Source: Phycisphaerae bacterium (GTDB lineage Bacteria; Planctomycetota; Phycisphaerae; UBA1845; Fen-1342). From it: a stretch of 64,000 bases of DNA. Made by a program: the position numbers and the translations under genes. Every line of letters begins with the position of its first letter. Within the stretch, counting starts at the first letter, position 1. The stretch lies in assembly GCA_050115495.1 (NCBI GenBank), contig JASFQK010000014.1:1-64000 (forward strand). The letters are read 5' to 3'. The notes beneath the pieces are model-generated. The model had not been told where the DNA came from. It searched no databases and was given only the letters and a program-made list of their open reading frames with translations. This document shows positions 10,881 through 19,706 of this stretch, one piece after another.

Positions 10881-12344
10881 CTACGCCCAACTGCGCAGAA
10901 TCCGGCCACACTCGGAATCGTCTTCGAGCAGTCGCACGAGGTGCTTCATTACACCCATGTTCCGCTGACAGAACTCGCTGGTAGGCTTATAACCGACGTA
11001 GTCCCCTTGCAAGCGATAGTGTTTGACCGGGTCTGCTCCACAGAACGCCTGGAAAGCGCAGCGCTCGCAGCCGGGCACTCCCACAGTCATGGTTGAATCC
11101 AGCATCGCCAAGAGCCGATCATTGAGCATCAGGGCCTCATATGTGTCCCCTACGACGCTGCCCAGGCGGAAGTGCCGGTCGCCCATCTCGGCGAGCATCC
11201 GAGCCTCGTCCGACAGGTAGACCCCGCCATCGTAGTTGTATACCAAGACGCCGATGCCAATACCGGCCGGCGAGCGCAGGTCTACGAATCCAGTCTCGAA
11301 CGGCGTGAGCATCTTCCGGAGAATAATGGCGGAAAAGTCCTCTCGGAATCGTACACCGCGGTTGTTCACGTCGAAGATGTAGGCGAGAGTGTCCTTGTAG
11401 AAGCTCAACCACTCGTCGACTGAGTACTCGTAGGCGTCATTCCGTTCGACAGCACGGCCGTAGGGATTGATAGGACGAAGGAAGACGGAGCGAAACCCCT
11501 GGCGAAGGTACTCGTCGATGATATCTGGGCCGCGAGACAGACTGCCCCGGGTGGTGGTCATCAAAGCTGAGACGCGGTCTGGCCCTAGGGCCGCCCGTGC
11601 CCGTGAGATTCCTTGAATTGTTGAATCGTAGCTATCCCCCCGCAGAAAGTGGCGGTGCTGGTTGTGTAGGTCGCGCGGCCCGTCCAGAGACGTAGAGATG
11701 CACACATCATGTAGCTGACAGAATTCGAGCATGTCGTCGGTCAGCGGGGACAGGTTCGTGCATATGACGAAGTCGACGCTGCGATGTTCGTATGCCGGAT
11801 GGTCCTTGACCTTGTGAACGATGTGTTTAACGAGGTCAAAGCGCAACAGTGGCTCGCCTCCCTGAAACTCGACCTTCAAGTACGGAGACGGGCTACGGAA
11901 CATGAAATCGACGCTCGCATCCGCGACCTCGCCACTCATGTCGTAGGCGCAGAGATCCTCGGTTTGCTGAGAGACTTGGCAGTAGCTGCAACCGTGCGTA
12001 CAGCGAAGCGTCGGTACGAAGATATGGAGCCCCGTGAAATCTGCGAACACGGCATGCTTCGTCCGGACTTGAGTCGAGAGCAGGTCGATTGCCGTTGAGG
12101 CAGAATCGTCGATCAGAAAATGGCGAGCCTTCAAGTGCTCGTAGATGGGCGAGCGGTGGTCAACGCGGTGCCTGATGAGGCTGTGAAGCAGATCGGTCGG
12201 AGCAACCACATGCTCACCAGCCACATTTGTTAATATGTAGCGGTCTTTGTCGAGCTTCGTGAAGTCGAATGGAAGCAGTTGGTATCCCCTGCCGTCAGTT
12301 GGGCGGAATCGGTCAGCATCGAGCAAGGGCGATTGAGCGGACAT
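10881..12344 (-). CDS. hxsB: His-Xaa-Ser system radical SAM/SPASM maturase HxsB
   Basis: YQLLPF N-terminus, LHIFVPTLRCTHGCSYCQVS, EFQGGEP, VDLRSPAG, SDEARML and C-terminal CERCAFQAFCGADPV. Confidence 0.92.
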   Translation of the reverse strand: MSAQSPLLDADRFRPTDGRGYQLLPFDFTKLDKDRYILTNVAGEHVVAPTDLLHSLIRHRVDHRSPIYEHLKARHFLIDDSASTAIDLLSTQVRTKHAVFADFTGLHIFVPTLRCTHGCSYCQVSQQTEDLCAYDMSGEVADASVDFMFRSPSPYLKVEFQGGEPLLRFDLVKHIVHKVKDHPAYEHRSVDFVICTNLSPLTDDMLEFCQLHDVCISTSLDGPRDLHNQHRHFLRGDSYDSTIQGISRARAALGPDRVSALMTTTRGSLSRGPDIIDEYLRQGFRSVFLRPINPYGRAVERNDAYEYSVDEWLSFYKDTLAYIFDVNNRGVRFREDFSAIILRKMLTPFETGFVDLRSPAGIGIGVLVYNYDGGVYLSDEARMLAEMGDRHFRLGSVVGDTYEALMLNDRLLAMLDSTMTVGVPGCERCAFQAFCGADPVKHYRLQGDYVGYKPTSEFCQRNMGVMKHLVRLLEDDSECGRILRSWA

Positions 12345-12429
12345 TGAGCTTGCCCTACGAGAACTAGTCTGCGCGGCGCCAGAATACGTCGCTCGGCAGT
12401 CGACGGCGTCGCGGCCGCGCGAAGCGGGG

Positions 12430-12822
12430 TCAGGCGGTCGGCTCCGATATTCCGTGCGGATCGTCTCGATAGTCGGCGGAGTCGAGTCCGTTGTCGACTA
12501 GCGACGTCTTGGAGAACGCGTTTGCGAGTATGAGGCTTCGCAGCGAGCGTGTTTCATCGGCAACGACTTCGCGCAGCTCGTAATCCAGCGCTACATTGCA
12601 GAATTCCTCTGCTGCCAACGCGGGATCGGTCAAAGTGCCCTTCGGTCGGAGCAGAGCGCGGATTGTGTTTTCCCCAGCGGGCTCCAGCAGGACGTAGAAG
12701 CGCCCGCCGAAGGCGTAGGCCGCCTTCTTTACTGCAAGCTCTCTATAGAGGGACGTGCTCAGTCGGAGGCACAGCCCGGCTTCGGTTGCCTGAACAATCT
12801 CACAGCCAGTCGGCACCGTCAT
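12430..12822 (-). CDS. hxsD: His-Xaa-Ser system protein HxsD
   Basis: LYRELAVKKAAY...EEFCNVALDYELREVVADETRSLRSLILANAFS pattern, positioned between the precursor and hxsB. Confidence 0.85.
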   Translation of the reverse strand: MTVPTGCEIVQATEAGLCLRLSTSLYRELAVKKAAYAFGGRFYVLLEPAGENTIRALLRPKGTLTDPALAAEEFCNVALDYELREVVADETRSLRSLILANAFSKTSLVDNGLDSADYRDDPHGISEPTA

Positions 12823-12833
12823 ACCAAACGGGC

Positions 12834-13166
12834 CTAGCCTGAGTAATGAGACCTGTGCGAGCTGTGACTTGAGTGGCTTTGATGGCTGCTGTGAGACGAA
12901 TGGCTTTGATGAGAACCGTGGTTCGCATGGTTGAACTGCGTATCGTCTCCAGCGGGCGGCTGTAGCACCAACGGCGCCGGCGTCGCATGGTCGACTACGC
13001 CCTGAGCCACCCTCGTCATCTGAGCCTTGGCTTTGTCGAGTGCCGTTTGCGCGAGCGATCCCGCCGAGGCGCTAGTTGTCCCAAGCAACGCAGCTACGGC
13101 AACCGCAACCGTTGCCAGTCCTCGAACGAAGCCACCGTGGCCCTCATGCTTCGCGTCATCGCCCAT
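12834..13166 (-). CDS. hxsA: His-Xaa-Ser repeat precursor peptide HxsA (110 aa)
   Basis: AAGGAG RBS 7 nt before ATG 13166; hydrophobic leader; C-terminal HAN plus nine H-x-S triplets (HGS HQS HSS HSS HQS HSS HSS HRS HYS) and G. Confidence 0.92.
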   Translation of the reverse strand: MGDDAKHEGHGGFVRGLATVAVAVAALLGTTSASAGSLAQTALDKAKAQMTRVAQGVVDHATPAPLVLQPPAGDDTQFNHANHGSHQSHSSHSSHQSHSSHSSHRSHYSG

Positions 13167-13559
13167 CACGCATCTCCTTCTGACCGCCCGCCCGGGCACG
13201 GGGCCCCAGCCCGATATCGTCAAATCGATGTGCCCCATAAAAGTATTAAATACCATTAAGGCCTGACACTGTCAAGGCGGGACTTGACATCTCTGCCCGC
13301 GGCCGGCTTGGCGGATGATTGCATGGACATGCCGGTAACATCTGGTCGCAGAACAACTTACCGTTCCGCTTCCTCAAGACGCACTCTGTCGGGACGCAAA
13401 GGGACAGGAGTTGGTCTGACGCACGGCGCCGGCCGGAGCGTCGCTTCTTCAGGACCGAGAGCGGACCCCGGCGCGGCCCCGGGATTGCTTTACCCTGGTG
13501 GCAGCAACAGGATGAGGCAGCCGGCGAACACCCGCTCTGACGCAGGGGCGCGGCGGCCG

Positions 13560-13960
13560 GGGGGGATAACTCCGCCGTCGGGCGTGACGAACTCGACGTG
13601 GACGGGGACGAGTGCCTCACGGAGCTACTGCCGATCGACCTGGACGGCAACGCCCGGTTCTGTGACGACCCAGGGACGCCGGACACGGGGTACGGCGGGG
13701 CACCAATCATCGACATGGGTGCCTACGAGTACGGTGCGTGCCCGCCACCGGGGGACGAACTGTGCCCATTGCCCGGCGACCTGAATTGCGACGGGGTCGT
13801 GGACAACTTCGACATCAGCCCGTTCGTGCTGGCCCTGACCAACCCGGCCGGCTACGCGGCGGCCTACCCGGACTGCACGCCCGCCAACGCAGACATCAAC
13901 GCCGACAGCATGGTGAACAACTTCGACATCTCGCCGTTCGTGGCGTTGCTGACGGACTAA
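13560..13960 (+). pseudogene. C-terminal fragment of a secreted protein (choice-of-anchor-Q-like motif plus dockerin-like domain)
   Basis: GDNSAV...[26 protein letters not shown] followed by [21 protein letters not shown]...[21 protein letters not shown]; no signal peptide or N-terminal body. Confidence 0.7.
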
Positions 13961-14416
13961 CCACCGAAGAAACCAACCGAGCGGCGCCGGCGGCCGACAT
14001 CCGCGCGCCAGCATGCCCGAGAAGGCCGTTTTTCGGCTCGCTGAGCGACCATCTCGCCTTCGGCTGTACGCCGGGGCGGGCCCAGCTTACCTGACGGCCT
14101 TGCCAGACCCCGACCCCGCCGATATGCGCCCACAAGCCGGCGGGGACCGCACGAGGCACATCCTGGCAGCCGGCGCGCCCCCGGCGAGACAACCCTGCGC
14201 TGGAGGGCCCCTTTAGCGCAGGGCCGCGGCGGTTTGATTTCGGACCCAAAAGGTATAGGGCGCGACGGCGGACGTTCCGGGGAGAACATTTGTACGCGCA
14301 GATGGGATGATTCACCTTTTGGGTCTTTTGGGGGTGACAATTGACCCGGCACGATTGGTACTTGACCGTCAGACATGTTGTGGCATGCTTGAGGTAGCGG
14401 GGTCACGAGCTGGCAT

Positions 14417-15397
14417 GTGAACACCTGGTTCACGATCCGGCCCACTGGCCCCGAAGCGAAAGGACATGCACACATGAGTCCCCTGGATGTCCTCGAACGG
14501 CAGGAAGGCGTTGCCGTCCGTGTCGATGAGCTGGTTCGCGATCGGCACATAATGGACTATTTCCGCCGACAAATCCGTCAATGGAGGGCGGAAGTTGACG
14601 CACGCGCGGCGGAGTATTGTGAGCCGGTCACCGACGCAGACGAGACTGCCCGGCCCAAGTGGATGCGCGGTAAGTCCGGGTATCAGAATTACGTTGCGAT
14701 AGAGCGTGATGGTGATCCGTATCGACGCTGCATGCGCGACCCGCTCAACCCATTGTCGATCCAGGCTATGACGCCTGCGGAGAAGTGTGCTTGGCTGGCG
14801 GCGGTCCACGATGTCCGTTGCTACGTGGAGGTGGAGCGCATCGACCCGTGGCACGACTGGGAAGACGACCGTGATTACGGGAGGTCGGACCGGCATTACG
14901 CCTGCCTGTGTGGGTGGGTCGAGGACTTGACTGTGTGGACGGAAACAGACTGCGATCGAATCGAAAGCATCCTGTGCGATGTGCAGGCTGATATCGCCAC
15001 CGCCATGCAGAAGGGCCCCGGGGCGGATAAGAAGAGTAGCGGTCCGGCGGAGGAGGCGAGCGAAGCCGACGCACCGAAGATCCCTGACCGTGCCTTGAAG
15101 GCTTGGCAGCAGTACGAGGAAGGTCTCCGACTGCTGGACGGGCATGTCGAGAAGCCAACGGACCAGCAGGTGTACAGAACGCTTGAGAGCAAGTACAGGT
15201 TGACGGACGAGGTTGGGAATCTGCTGCCATTCGAAAGATGGACCCGATACCTGAGGACATACCGCAGCCTGACGGGCCAGCAGAAGAACAAGCCGCGGGC
15301 TGGACGTGAGCAACCCGTCGGGTCGTGCGTCCGTTACGACCAAGTGGACGCAAAGGAACTGCCTACTCGCATTCGGCGCAAATCGGCCGACGAATAG
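14417..15397 (+). CDS. Hypothetical protein of the integrative element (possible C-terminal DNA-binding region)
   Basis: 326-aa ORF with protein-like composition upstream of alpA; no family recognised; start uncertain (14417 or 14474). Confidence 0.6.
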   Translation: MNTWFTIRPTGPEAKGHAHMSPLDVLERQEGVAVRVDELVRDRHIMDYFRRQIRQWRAEVDARAAEYCEPVTDADETARPKWMRGKSGYQNYVAIERDGDPYRRCMRDPLNPLSIQAMTPAEKCAWLAAVHDVRCYVEVERIDPWHDWEDDRDYGRSDRHYACLCGWVEDLTVWTETDCDRIESILCDVQADIATAMQKGPGADKKSSGPAEEASEADAPKIPDRALKAWQQYEEGLRLLDGHVEKPTDQQVYRTLESKYRLTDEVGNLLPFERWTRYLRTYRSLTGQQKNKPRAGREQPVGSCVRYDQVDAKELPTRIRRKSADE

Positions 15398-15603
15398 CGG
15401 AAGCAAAGCGGAAGGGAAACCGGAAATCTGAATTTCCGGTTTTGGCACGCATGGCCTGTAGCTGGCCGCAGGGGGCGTTTCCCATTGCGCATGGACGGAA
15501 ATCCTGGGGGTCCCACGCTTCCGGTTTGCGTAAAGGGTGTGGCGTGTGTGGTCAGCGGGTTCGACCTGCGGGCACGCCCGGCGACGACCAGGAGCATAGT
15601 GGA

Positions 15604-15855
15604 ATGACGAGACACACAGAAGTTGCGGGCGAGCCAATCGGTGGAGTGGCCGTGACACCGGAGCTGTTGGACGTTCACGACGTGGCCGCGGTGCTCGGTT
15701 GCAGCACACGTAGCGTCTGCCGGCTGGCCGGGGCCGGCAAGCTACCGTCGCCCGTCAAGTTGGGCCGGTTGAGCCGCTGGCGACGAGCCGAGTTGCTCAC
15801 CTGGCTTGCCGAAGGCTGCCCCGCGATGCACGCGGCGAAGGCTGGCGGTCGATGA
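15604..15855 (+). CDS. AlpA/excisionase-like HTH DNA-binding protein
   Basis: LLDVHDVAAVLGCSTRSVCRLAGAGKLPSPVKLGRLSRWRRAELLTWL; stop overlaps the primase start (ATGA). Confidence 0.85.
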   Translation: MTRHTEVAGEPIGGVAVTPELLDVHDVAAVLGCSTRSVCRLAGAGKLPSPVKLGRLSRWRRAELLTWLAEGCPAMHAAKAGGR

Positions 15856-17996
15856 CGCCAGTTGAGACGGTCCTGGCCCGGCTGCCCGACGCTAGGCGTG
15901 CCGGCGACGGCTGGCAGGCAAGATGCCCAGCGCACAATGACCGGCGGCCGAGCTTGACGGTCTCCGAGGGTGAAGACGGGCGCGCGCTGCTGCATTGTCA
16001 CGCTGGCTGCACGCCCCAGGCAATCGTCGCGGCACTCGGCCTGACGCTCGCGGACCTGATGGCCCCGGCGTCACAGTCACCGGTACCCGCGTCGCGAGGG
16101 AGCAGCGGGGGAAATGGTAACCGGAGCACCCGACAGACCTTCGGCACCGCTGAGCATGCTGTAGCCGAGCTGGAGCGGCGACACGGCCCATGCTGCGCGC
16201 GATGGCACTACCACAACGCAATGGGCGATGTCGTGGGTATGGTGCTTCGGTGGGACACGCCACACGGCAAGGACATTCGGCCCGTCGCGCGCGTCGGCGA
16301 CGGTTGGATCATCGGTGGCATGCCAAAGCCACGACCGCTGCTCAACCTGCCGGAGTTGCAAGGCCGACCTGATGAACGAGTCTACGTCACTGAGGGCGAG
16401 CCGGCGGCCGACGCTATCCGGTCGCTCGGGCTATTGGTCACGACTTCCGCCGGTGGATCGGCGGCGCCGAGGATGACCGATTGGAGCGCGCTACGTGGCC
16501 GACGGATCGTCCTGTTGCCGGACGCCGACGATGCCGGCTGCAAGTACGCGACGGAAGTCGTTCGCATCCTGGCGGCGTTGCAGCCGCGACCCGAGGTGCG
16601 CGTTGTCGAGCTGCCTGGCTTGCCGCCCAAGGGCGACGCCGTTCAGTTCGTCGGGGCGAGAGACGGTCGGCCACGTGACGGGATCATCGCGGAGCTTGAC
16701 AACCTAATCGCCGCGGTCGAGCCAGTAGTGTTCGAGCCCGTCATCCACGGAACCGCCCCCGTGTTGCGGCGTCTCTCTGACGTGCGTCCCGAGCCCGTGC
16801 AGTGGCTCTGGCCCGGGCGAGTCGCACGCGGCAAGTTAACGTTGCTGGTGGGCGACCCGGGTTTGGGTAAGAGCTTCCTCACGCTGGACATGGCGGCCCG
16901 CGTTTCGCGTGGCACACTTTGGCCGGATGGAACCACCGGGTGTTCTGGGGACGTGGTGTTGCTTTCGGCCGAAGACGATCTCGCGGACACAATCCGTCCG
17001 CGGTTGGACGCGGCCGGCGCGGACGTGGCGCGCATCGTGGCGCTTCAGGCGGTGCGCACACCCGCCCCCGATACAGGTGGAACGCGTGATGTGCCATTCA
17101 ACCTATCGGCCGATCTGGTCGCACTTGAGGCCACCGTCGCCGAGGTCGGTGAGTGCAAGCTCATCATCATCGACCCCATCAGCGCCTACATGGGCGGCGG
17201 CCCGCGTTTTGATTCGCACCGCAACACGGACGTTCGGGCAGTCCTCGGCCCGCTGGCCGATCTCGCTGGTCGGCACCGCGTCGCCGTGGTCGCGGTGACA
17301 CACCTGCGGAAGTCCGACGGCCCGGCTCTCTATCGCGCTATGGGCTCCCTCGCGTTTGTGGCGGCGGCCCGGGCGGCGTGGGCGGTGGTCCAGGACAAGG
17401 ACGATGCGACGAACCGCCGGCGGCTATTCCTGCCCGTGAAGAGCAACCTCGCGGCCGAAGCAACCGGCTTGGCGTTCCAGGTTGAGCCCCGCACACCGGG
17501 GGAGGCGCCGTGCGTGGCGTGGGACCCTGAGCCGGTGACGGTCTCGGCGGACGAGGCCCTCGCCGGCCGGCCGACCAAGGGCGGCGGTGGCGCCGTCGAA
17601 GAGGCGGTTGCATGGCTGGAGGATGCACTAGCAGAAGGTCCAGAGCCAGCAGCAGATATTAAGGCGCGGTCAAGAGCTGACGGCATCAGCCCCCGGACGC
17701 TGGACCGGGCGAAGGCCGAGTTGAATGTCGTGGCAGCCCCCGACGGTTTCCGCGGGCCGTGGGTCTGGCGCTTACCCAAAGAGGGCCCGGCCGCTCAGAG
17801 TGCGCCAACCGCGCCAGAGTACGCCAAGCTCAATGCCTTGGCGCACTCTGAGGATCTTGGCGCACTGTGGCCACCAGACGAGGCGGATTCATCGTCCGGA
17901 GGTAGTGACCAGACCGGCTGCCCCGCCGGCGAGCAGACGCCGGCCGCCGTCCTGGCGAGTTACCCCGAGGCCGACGAAGGGTGGGGCGAATTATGA
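15852..17996 (+). CDS. Primase-helicase (zinc-binding + Toprim + RepA/AAA_25-type helicase)
   Basis: CPAHNDRRPSL..CHAGC zinc motif; Toprim VTEGE..D and LPDADDAG; Walker A GDPGLGKS; LLSAEDD; IIIDPISAY; VTHLRK. Confidence 0.9.
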   Translation: MTPVETVLARLPDARRAGDGWQARCPAHNDRRPSLTVSEGEDGRALLHCHAGCTPQAIVAALGLTLADLMAPASQSPVPASRGSSGGNGNRSTRQTFGTAEHAVAELERRHGPCCARWHYHNAMGDVVGMVLRWDTPHGKDIRPVARVGDGWIIGGMPKPRPLLNLPELQGRPDERVYVTEGEPAADAIRSLGLLVTTSAGGSAAPRMTDWSALRGRRIVLLPDADDAGCKYATEVVRILAALQPRPEVRVVELPGLPPKGDAVQFVGARDGRPRDGIIAELDNLIAAVEPVVFEPVIHGTAPVLRRLSDVRPEPVQWLWPGRVARGKLTLLVGDPGLGKSFLTLDMAARVSRGTLWPDGTTGCSGDVVLLSAEDDLADTIRPRLDAAGADVARIVALQAVRTPAPDTGGTRDVPFNLSADLVALEATVAEVGECKLIIIDPISAYMGGGPRFDSHRNTDVRAVLGPLADLAGRHRVAVVAVTHLRKSDGPALYRAMGSLAFVAAARAAWAVVQDKDDATNRRRLFLPVKSNLAAEATGLAFQVEPRTPGEAPCVAWDPEPVTVSADEALAGRPTKGGGGAVEEAVAWLEDALAEGPEPAADIKARSRADGISPRTLDRAKAELNVVAAPDGFRGPWVWRLPKEGPAAQSAPTAPEYAKLNALAHSEDLGALWPPDEADSSSGGSDQTGCPAGEQTPAAVLASYPEADEGWGEL
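17796..17869. promoter_or_regulatory. Candidate replication origin: four 13-bp iterons inside the primase 3' region
   Basis: CAGAGTGCGCCAA (17796) and CAGAGTACGCCAA (17815), then inverted TTGGCGCACTCTG (17838) and TTGGCGCACTGTG (17857). Confidence 0.65.
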
Positions 17997-18349
17997 GTGC
18001 CACGTTAATCCTCGCCGAGCTACAGGAGCGTCATATCGAGCTACGGGTCCACGGCGACCGCCTGCGGTATCGGCCCCGGTGCGCGATGACGCCGGACTTG
18101 GCTGAGCAAGTGAAGGCCCACAAGGCGGAACTCCTGCGGTTGCTTCGGCAAACCGACACGCCCCACGAGCTGTCCCTCGCCGAGCGTGTCGAAACTGGCT
18201 ACGTCAATCCGGGCTGGCAGCCGGCGGCATGGGCGGAGCGCCTGCGCCAACTCGCCGACGCCTGCGAGAAGATGCACCCGGACACGGCAACGCGGTACCG
18301 AGCGTGGGCGGCGAACGTCACAAGGGGCACGGCGCACAGGACAAGATGA
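17993..18349 (+). CDS. Small protein with TubC-N-docking-like N-terminus, often found downstream of such primases
   Basis: MSATLILAELQERHIELRVHGDRLRYRP...LAEQVKAHKAELLRLL; ATGA coupling to the primase. Confidence 0.7.
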   Translation: MSATLILAELQERHIELRVHGDRLRYRPRCAMTPDLAEQVKAHKAELLRLLRQTDTPHELSLAERVETGYVNPGWQPAAWAERLRQLADACEKMHPDTATRYRAWAANVTRGTAHRTR

Positions 18350-18450
18350 CATGGACCGCCGAGGACCCGGCGCCGCCCGCCGTCGAGAACGCGCAGGCTC
18401 GTGGTCTGCCGCTGGCCGGGGGTCCGCGGCCGACCTGATTCGGGCTGAAG

Positions 18451-18479
18451 TTGACAACCTGTCGGACATGTGCAATACT
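18451..18479 (+). promoter_or_regulatory. Sigma70-like promoter, probably leaderless, for the HTH gene
   Basis: TTGACA-17 nt-AATACT with TG extension; ATG at 18486 lies 7 nt after the -10; the spacer holds the imperfect palindrome ACCTGTCGGACATGT. Confidence 0.55.
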
Positions 18480-18485
18480 TATTGC

Positions 18486-18689
18486 ATGACACGCAAACAA
18501 CAGCCCACGATGACGAAGCTCTTGCGGGAGGCGCTGGCCGAGGCTGAATCGCTTATCGCGGTTCAGCGGGCAACCGGCGTCAAGCGGCAGAGCCTCGCGA
18601 AATTCGTCCGGGGCGAGCAATCGCTCCGGTTGGACATGGCCGACAAACTGGCGGTGTACTTCGGCATCGTCGTAAGGCGTGGTGATTAG
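18486..18689 (+). CDS. XRE/Cro-like HTH transcriptional regulator
   Basis: LLREALAEAESLIAVQRATGVKRQSLAKFVRGEQSLRLDMADKLAVYFGI. Confidence 0.8.
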   Translation: MTRKQQPTMTKLLREALAEAESLIAVQRATGVKRQSLAKFVRGEQSLRLDMADKLAVYFGIVVRRGD

Positions 18690-18706
18690 AACACGGGAGA
18701 GGACCT

Positions 18707-19600
18707 ATGTGTGCGCTTGAACGCGACAACTTGGACGAGCGGCTCGGCCGCATTGAATCTCAGAACCGCTGGCTGCGCGGGGGCCTTGCGGCAACGTGGC
18801 TGGCAATCGTGCTGGTCTGCGTCGCGGGGCAGTCCAGACCGGCGCAGTCTGGCCCCGCCGCGTCGATCGAAGCGCAGCGGTTTGTTCTCGTGGGACCCGA
18901 TGGGAAGACGCGCGCTGTGTTGGGGTTCGAGAAAGCGCTCCTGTTGAATCTAGGTGCAGGCAACCTCGGCGCGAAAGTCCCCGGATTATTCTTGTATGAC
19001 TCCGAGGGCAATAACGTTGCACATATCGCAGTCGGTCAGCATGTGGGCCAAGAAGTGCCCGGGGTGTGCCTTTTTGCCCACGGCGGCGAGAAGAGACACT
19101 TCACGTACACGCTGCTTCAGGCCGGTGACGACGGACAGCTCGACATCTCCAACGGCGAGAGGGACATATCACTTAACACAGGCAACCCCGGCGGGCCCGT
19201 GCTGACCATGAGGCGCGAATCCGGCCAATTCGACTGTGTGACATTGGGGGCTCTGGACACCGGGGAAATCGGACTGCGACTGTGCGCTCCGGACAGAGTA
19301 CCGCGGAAGACAGTGAAGTTCGCCGACCACGAGGATATGGAGCTTCCGGTAGATGCCCTGGCGAGTGCCGAGGACATGGCGCGCTACACACAAGCTCTCC
19401 GCGTCGCCGAGCGCCTTCGCATGTTTGTCACGGACCAAGGGGCTGCGGGAATTCACTTGAAGGACGACAAAGGGCAACTGCGCACGGGCATCGGTTGTGT
19501 TGATCTGGTGAGTGAGCGCACGGGAATGACCCAACAGCAACCGCCGTCGTCGTTGACCCTGTTCGGCACAGACGGCGCGGTGCTCTGGAGGGTGCCGTGA
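18707..19600 (+). CDS. Hypothetical membrane-anchored beta-rich protein
   Basis: N-terminal coiled coil (LDERLGRIESQNRWLR) plus TM, then IEAQRFVLVGPDGKTRAVLG and C-terminal LFGTDGAVLWRVP; GGAGAGG RBS. Confidence 0.75.
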   Translation: MCALERDNLDERLGRIESQNRWLRGGLAATWLAIVLVCVAGQSRPAQSGPAASIEAQRFVLVGPDGKTRAVLGFEKALLLNLGAGNLGAKVPGLFLYDSEGNNVAHIAVGQHVGQEVPGVCLFAHGGEKRHFTYTLLQAGDDGQLDISNGERDISLNTGNPGGPVLTMRRESGQFDCVTLGALDTGEIGLRLCAPDRVPRKTVKFADHEDMELPVDALASAEDMARYTQALRVAERLRMFVTDQGAAGIHLKDDKGQLRTGIGCVDLVSERTGMTQQQPPSSLTLFGTDGAVLWRVP

Positions 19601-19706
19601 CGATGGACGCGGGCCGTACTTCCGGTTCCTGGCCGGCTTGGCCCGAAAAGCCGAGGGGCGATGAATGCATGCTCGGGCAGCAATCCGGCAGCAGAGAAGG
19701 TGACTT

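Noticed and set aside
13391..13402. GGGACGCAAAG, resembling the c-di-GMP-I riboswitch core (a weaker look-alike is at ~6904-6945)
   Set aside because: The upstream GGCAAAC/GAAA-tetraloop stem and closing P1 helix are not present; likely chance matches.
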